A program made the position numbers and the translations under genes. This document shows, one piece after another, positions 26,670 to 28,668 of a DNA stretch of 28,668 bases. The DNA is taken from positions 1 through 28,668 of the forward strand of contig CAZPUN010000044.1 of NCBI GenBank assembly GCA_964589775.1. Reading direction: 5' to 3'. The notes under the pieces were generated by a model. That model was not told the origin of the DNA, searched no databases, and saw only the letters and a program-made list of their open reading frames with translations. Positions within the stretch are counted from its first letter, which is position 1. The number at the start of each line of letters is the position of its first letter. Source of the DNA: an uncultured archaeon (GTDB lineage: Archaea > Asgardarchaeota > Thorarchaeia > Thorarchaeales > CAZPUN01).

Positions 26670-27946
26670 TTATGCTTCCCTTCAATATTTCCTAGAATTC
26701 CTACGCAATCAGACTTTCTAATATCTTTTTTTGCTTCTATTTTTTCAATTATTGGTGTTTTTATTTCGCAATCATTTATTGTATCGTAATTTATTGTTAC
26801 ATAGTCATCTGTCAATATGAATCCCGGATATGATGTATTAGATGGTTCTAGAAATGCAAAGAATCCGGATACTTTACCTTCCGGTTCGATATATTCATAA
26901 TTTTTATCGAATAGAACTGGCATGATCCACGGTGGAATATGCATATGTCTACATTTCACATCTTCAATGAAAAGCGAATTTAGTTCTGCCATTGCATATG
27001 TATTCAATGGTTTATTTATAGTTATTCCAAATGCATTCTCATAAATATCTTTGTACGTTTGTGCATCTTTAAAATCTCTTACAGCTTGTAAAACTATAAA
27101 TACACTATCTTTTGATATTCTTAGTTTTATGTTATTTTCAATTATATTTTCAGCCATGCTCTTAATAAGTATGGGCGAACCAATAATGATGACCTTTATA
27201 CGATTGTATGTTCTCAGTTTATTTAATATTCGATTCGATACACGGTGGATATTTAATTTTTCGACATTTAAAAAGCTATGTAGTATTTTTTCATAGATTG
27301 TCTTTTCTTTTTTAATCGAACTTATAAATCCTGATTTTATATAGTCATTCTCGATATTGATTTCCTCTCTAGGAATTCCTTCCAAAACTTGATTCAACGT
27401 CCAAATAATTTGTAGATAACTCGTATGTCCCATTCCAAATATTTTATATGAAGTCCACATATTGTGCCCAAAAATTGTTTCAAAAGTCTCAGTATATGAT
27501 TTTATCATCATTATTTGTGTATATCTGTCGCGTGGAATAATGGACACATTCCCGGTTGTACCCCTACTAAAGCCTATGAGAATTTTGTTTTCATACAATT
27601 GATCTAAAAATTCCTTAAAGGACGTACTTTTTCTAATTTTGAAATCGAACCTTATCGTTGAAATATTTTCGACCCATCTCTTAAAATCTTCCGGTTTTAA
27701 TTCCGGGTCTTGAATATCATACGTTTTAAATACAGTATGTGGATATATTATTCTATGAAAATCATCAGGTGAAATTTCTCTATCAATACCCCTTGCTTTG
27801 CACAATTTATTATAAAATCGATTATGTTCATAATGATATATATGTGCCATTTTAATTGCTTGATTTTTTAGCTCTTCCAATTCTTTAGGAGATCGTACAT
27901 AATTTCTATGATCGATAAGTTTTCGTATGATGTTTTTATTAAACAT
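26666..27946 (-). CDS. LuxE-like acyl-protein synthetase (ANL-related)
   Basis: 'YHYEHNRFYNKLC', P-loop 'SRGTTG..S...RD', 'YAMAELNS', 'HIPPW', 'SYPGFILTDD', C-terminal Cys in 'KSDCVG'; GGGAGA SD. Confidence 0.78.
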   Translation of the reverse strand: MFNKNIIRKLIDHRNYVRSPKELEELKNQAIKMAHIYHYEHNRFYNKLCKARGIDREISPDDFHRIIYPHTVFKTYDIQDPELKPEDFKRWVENISTIRFDFKIRKSTSFKEFLDQLYENKILIGFSRGTTGNVSIIPRDRYTQIMMIKSYTETFETIFGHNMWTSYKIFGMGHTSYLQIIWTLNQVLEGIPREEINIENDYIKSGFISSIKKEKTIYEKILHSFLNVEKLNIHRVSNRILNKLRTYNRIKVIIIGSPILIKSMAENIIENNIKLRISKDSVFIVLQAVRDFKDAQTYKDIYENAFGITINKPLNTYAMAELNSLFIEDVKCRHMHIPPWIMPVLFDKNYEYIEPEGKVSGFFAFLEPSNTSYPGFILTDDYVTINYDTINDCEIKTPIIEKIEAKKDIRKSDCVGILGNIEGKHK

Positions 27947-28068
27947 ATTTGTCTCCCTTTATTTTATCATATTAATTTCTTAGCCTTATCATTATTAAAT
28001 AATACGGATTATTTTATCTAATTTCCATAAGTATAAAAGTCGGTATGGTATCTTATTTCTTATAGTCT

Positions 28069-28668
28069 ATGGAGGAGACTCCTTTGGAAGAGGAAATTTG
28101 GCAGAAGCTCGAAAGGAACGCAGAGAAAGAGACCGAAAAAGTAGTTGTTGATGATTCTGTGTGGCGTCCCAACATCATTTACATAATTACCCCACAAAAT
28201 TATGTGAATCCAAAAATTGTAACTGCCCTACTCGATGCCGGATTTGACCATGTAATTCCTTATACACAAATCAAACCCGATTCTCTAATCGATTGCATCA
28301 AAGAAATTGTTTCATCACGTCCCCCTATCGTTTCTCGAAAGCCCCGAATTTTACTTGATCTCCCAAATGAATATACTCGCGATGCAAACCTATTTGAATC
28401 TATACAAAAAAGTTCTGACCAAACTCTGATAATACTCGAAAACAATAACCTGTTTGCTTGCACAAGTGCTATAATCTCAAGAAGCCTAGTCGCTTTGGAC
28501 CTCTTATCCCTAAACCCCAGAGAAACATCGCTTTTCATATCTAAAGATCTTTCAAACGTATTTGAAATACTCGATGCGAACTCGCTTAATATCTTCAAAA
28601 ATATTAATATGGTCCCTTCAATTACAGACATCTTGAATAGCAGCGAAAACGCAATAATAATCACAACT
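28069..28668 (+). CDS. Hypothetical protein, 5' part (runs off the window end)
   Basis: Open frame of 200 codons from ATG 28069 (MEETPLEEEIWQKLERNAEKETEKVVVDDSVWRPNIIYII...) with no stop before the edge; missing from the ORF track; divergent from the luxE-like gene. Confidence 0.7.
   Translation, partial: MEETPLEEEIWQKLERNAEKETEKVVVDDSVWRPNIIYIITPQNYVNPKIVTALLDAGFDHVIPYTQIKPDSLIDCIKEIVSSRPPIVSRKPRILLDLPNEYTRDANLFESIQKSSDQTLIILENNNLFACTSAIISRSLVALDLLSLNPRETSLFISKDLSNVFEILDANSLNIFKNINMVPSITDILNSSENAIIITT

Noticed and set aside
21374-27946. TldD/PmbA plus LuxE/LuxC/SDR as a lipopeptide or RiPP cluster
   Set aside because: The two units are convergent, tldD/pmbA are widespread housekeeping genes, and no precursor peptide or YcaO/radical SAM enzyme is adjacent.
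25122-27946. Bioluminescence
   Set aside because: No luxA/luxB/luxD in the window, and the LuxC active site looks degenerate.
28260-28664. 134-aa minus-strand ORF
   Set aside because: Antisense shadow of the longer + strand frame starting at 28069.

Overview
AT-rich archaeal chromosomal segment, most likely from an Asgard archaeon. This is an inference from a long RPB5-like Rpo5, a GTPBP1/2-type GTPase and several probable longin-like proteins. It is densely coding (about 24 CDS) with GGTGA/GGAGG ribosome-binding sites, TATA boxes and oligo-T terminators. No rRNA, tRNA, CRISPR array or transposase was seen. Recognisable genes: tandem Lrp/AsnC regulator, GNAT, Ig-repeat surface protein, ACT-like protein, Rpo5, etfB/etfA, stomatin/SPFH, GTPBP1/2-like GTPase, AsnRS, TldD/PmbA and a LuxE-LuxC-SDR operon. 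Main points of interest: (1) a single 840-aa ORF fusing a tungsten aldehyde:ferredoxin oxidoreductase to 3-hexulose-6-phosphate synthase, a candidate formaldehyde-channelling enzyme analogous to Fae-Hps; (2) a run of two 7TM+longin-like genes followed by a tandem longin/DENN-like Zn-ribbon protein and a helical partner; (3) a lux-type acyl-reductase operon whose LuxC appears to lack the catalytic Cys; (4) an unannotated 26-codon ORF with a strong SD directly upstream of the translational GTPase. All family calls come from motif recognition by eye, not from database searches.
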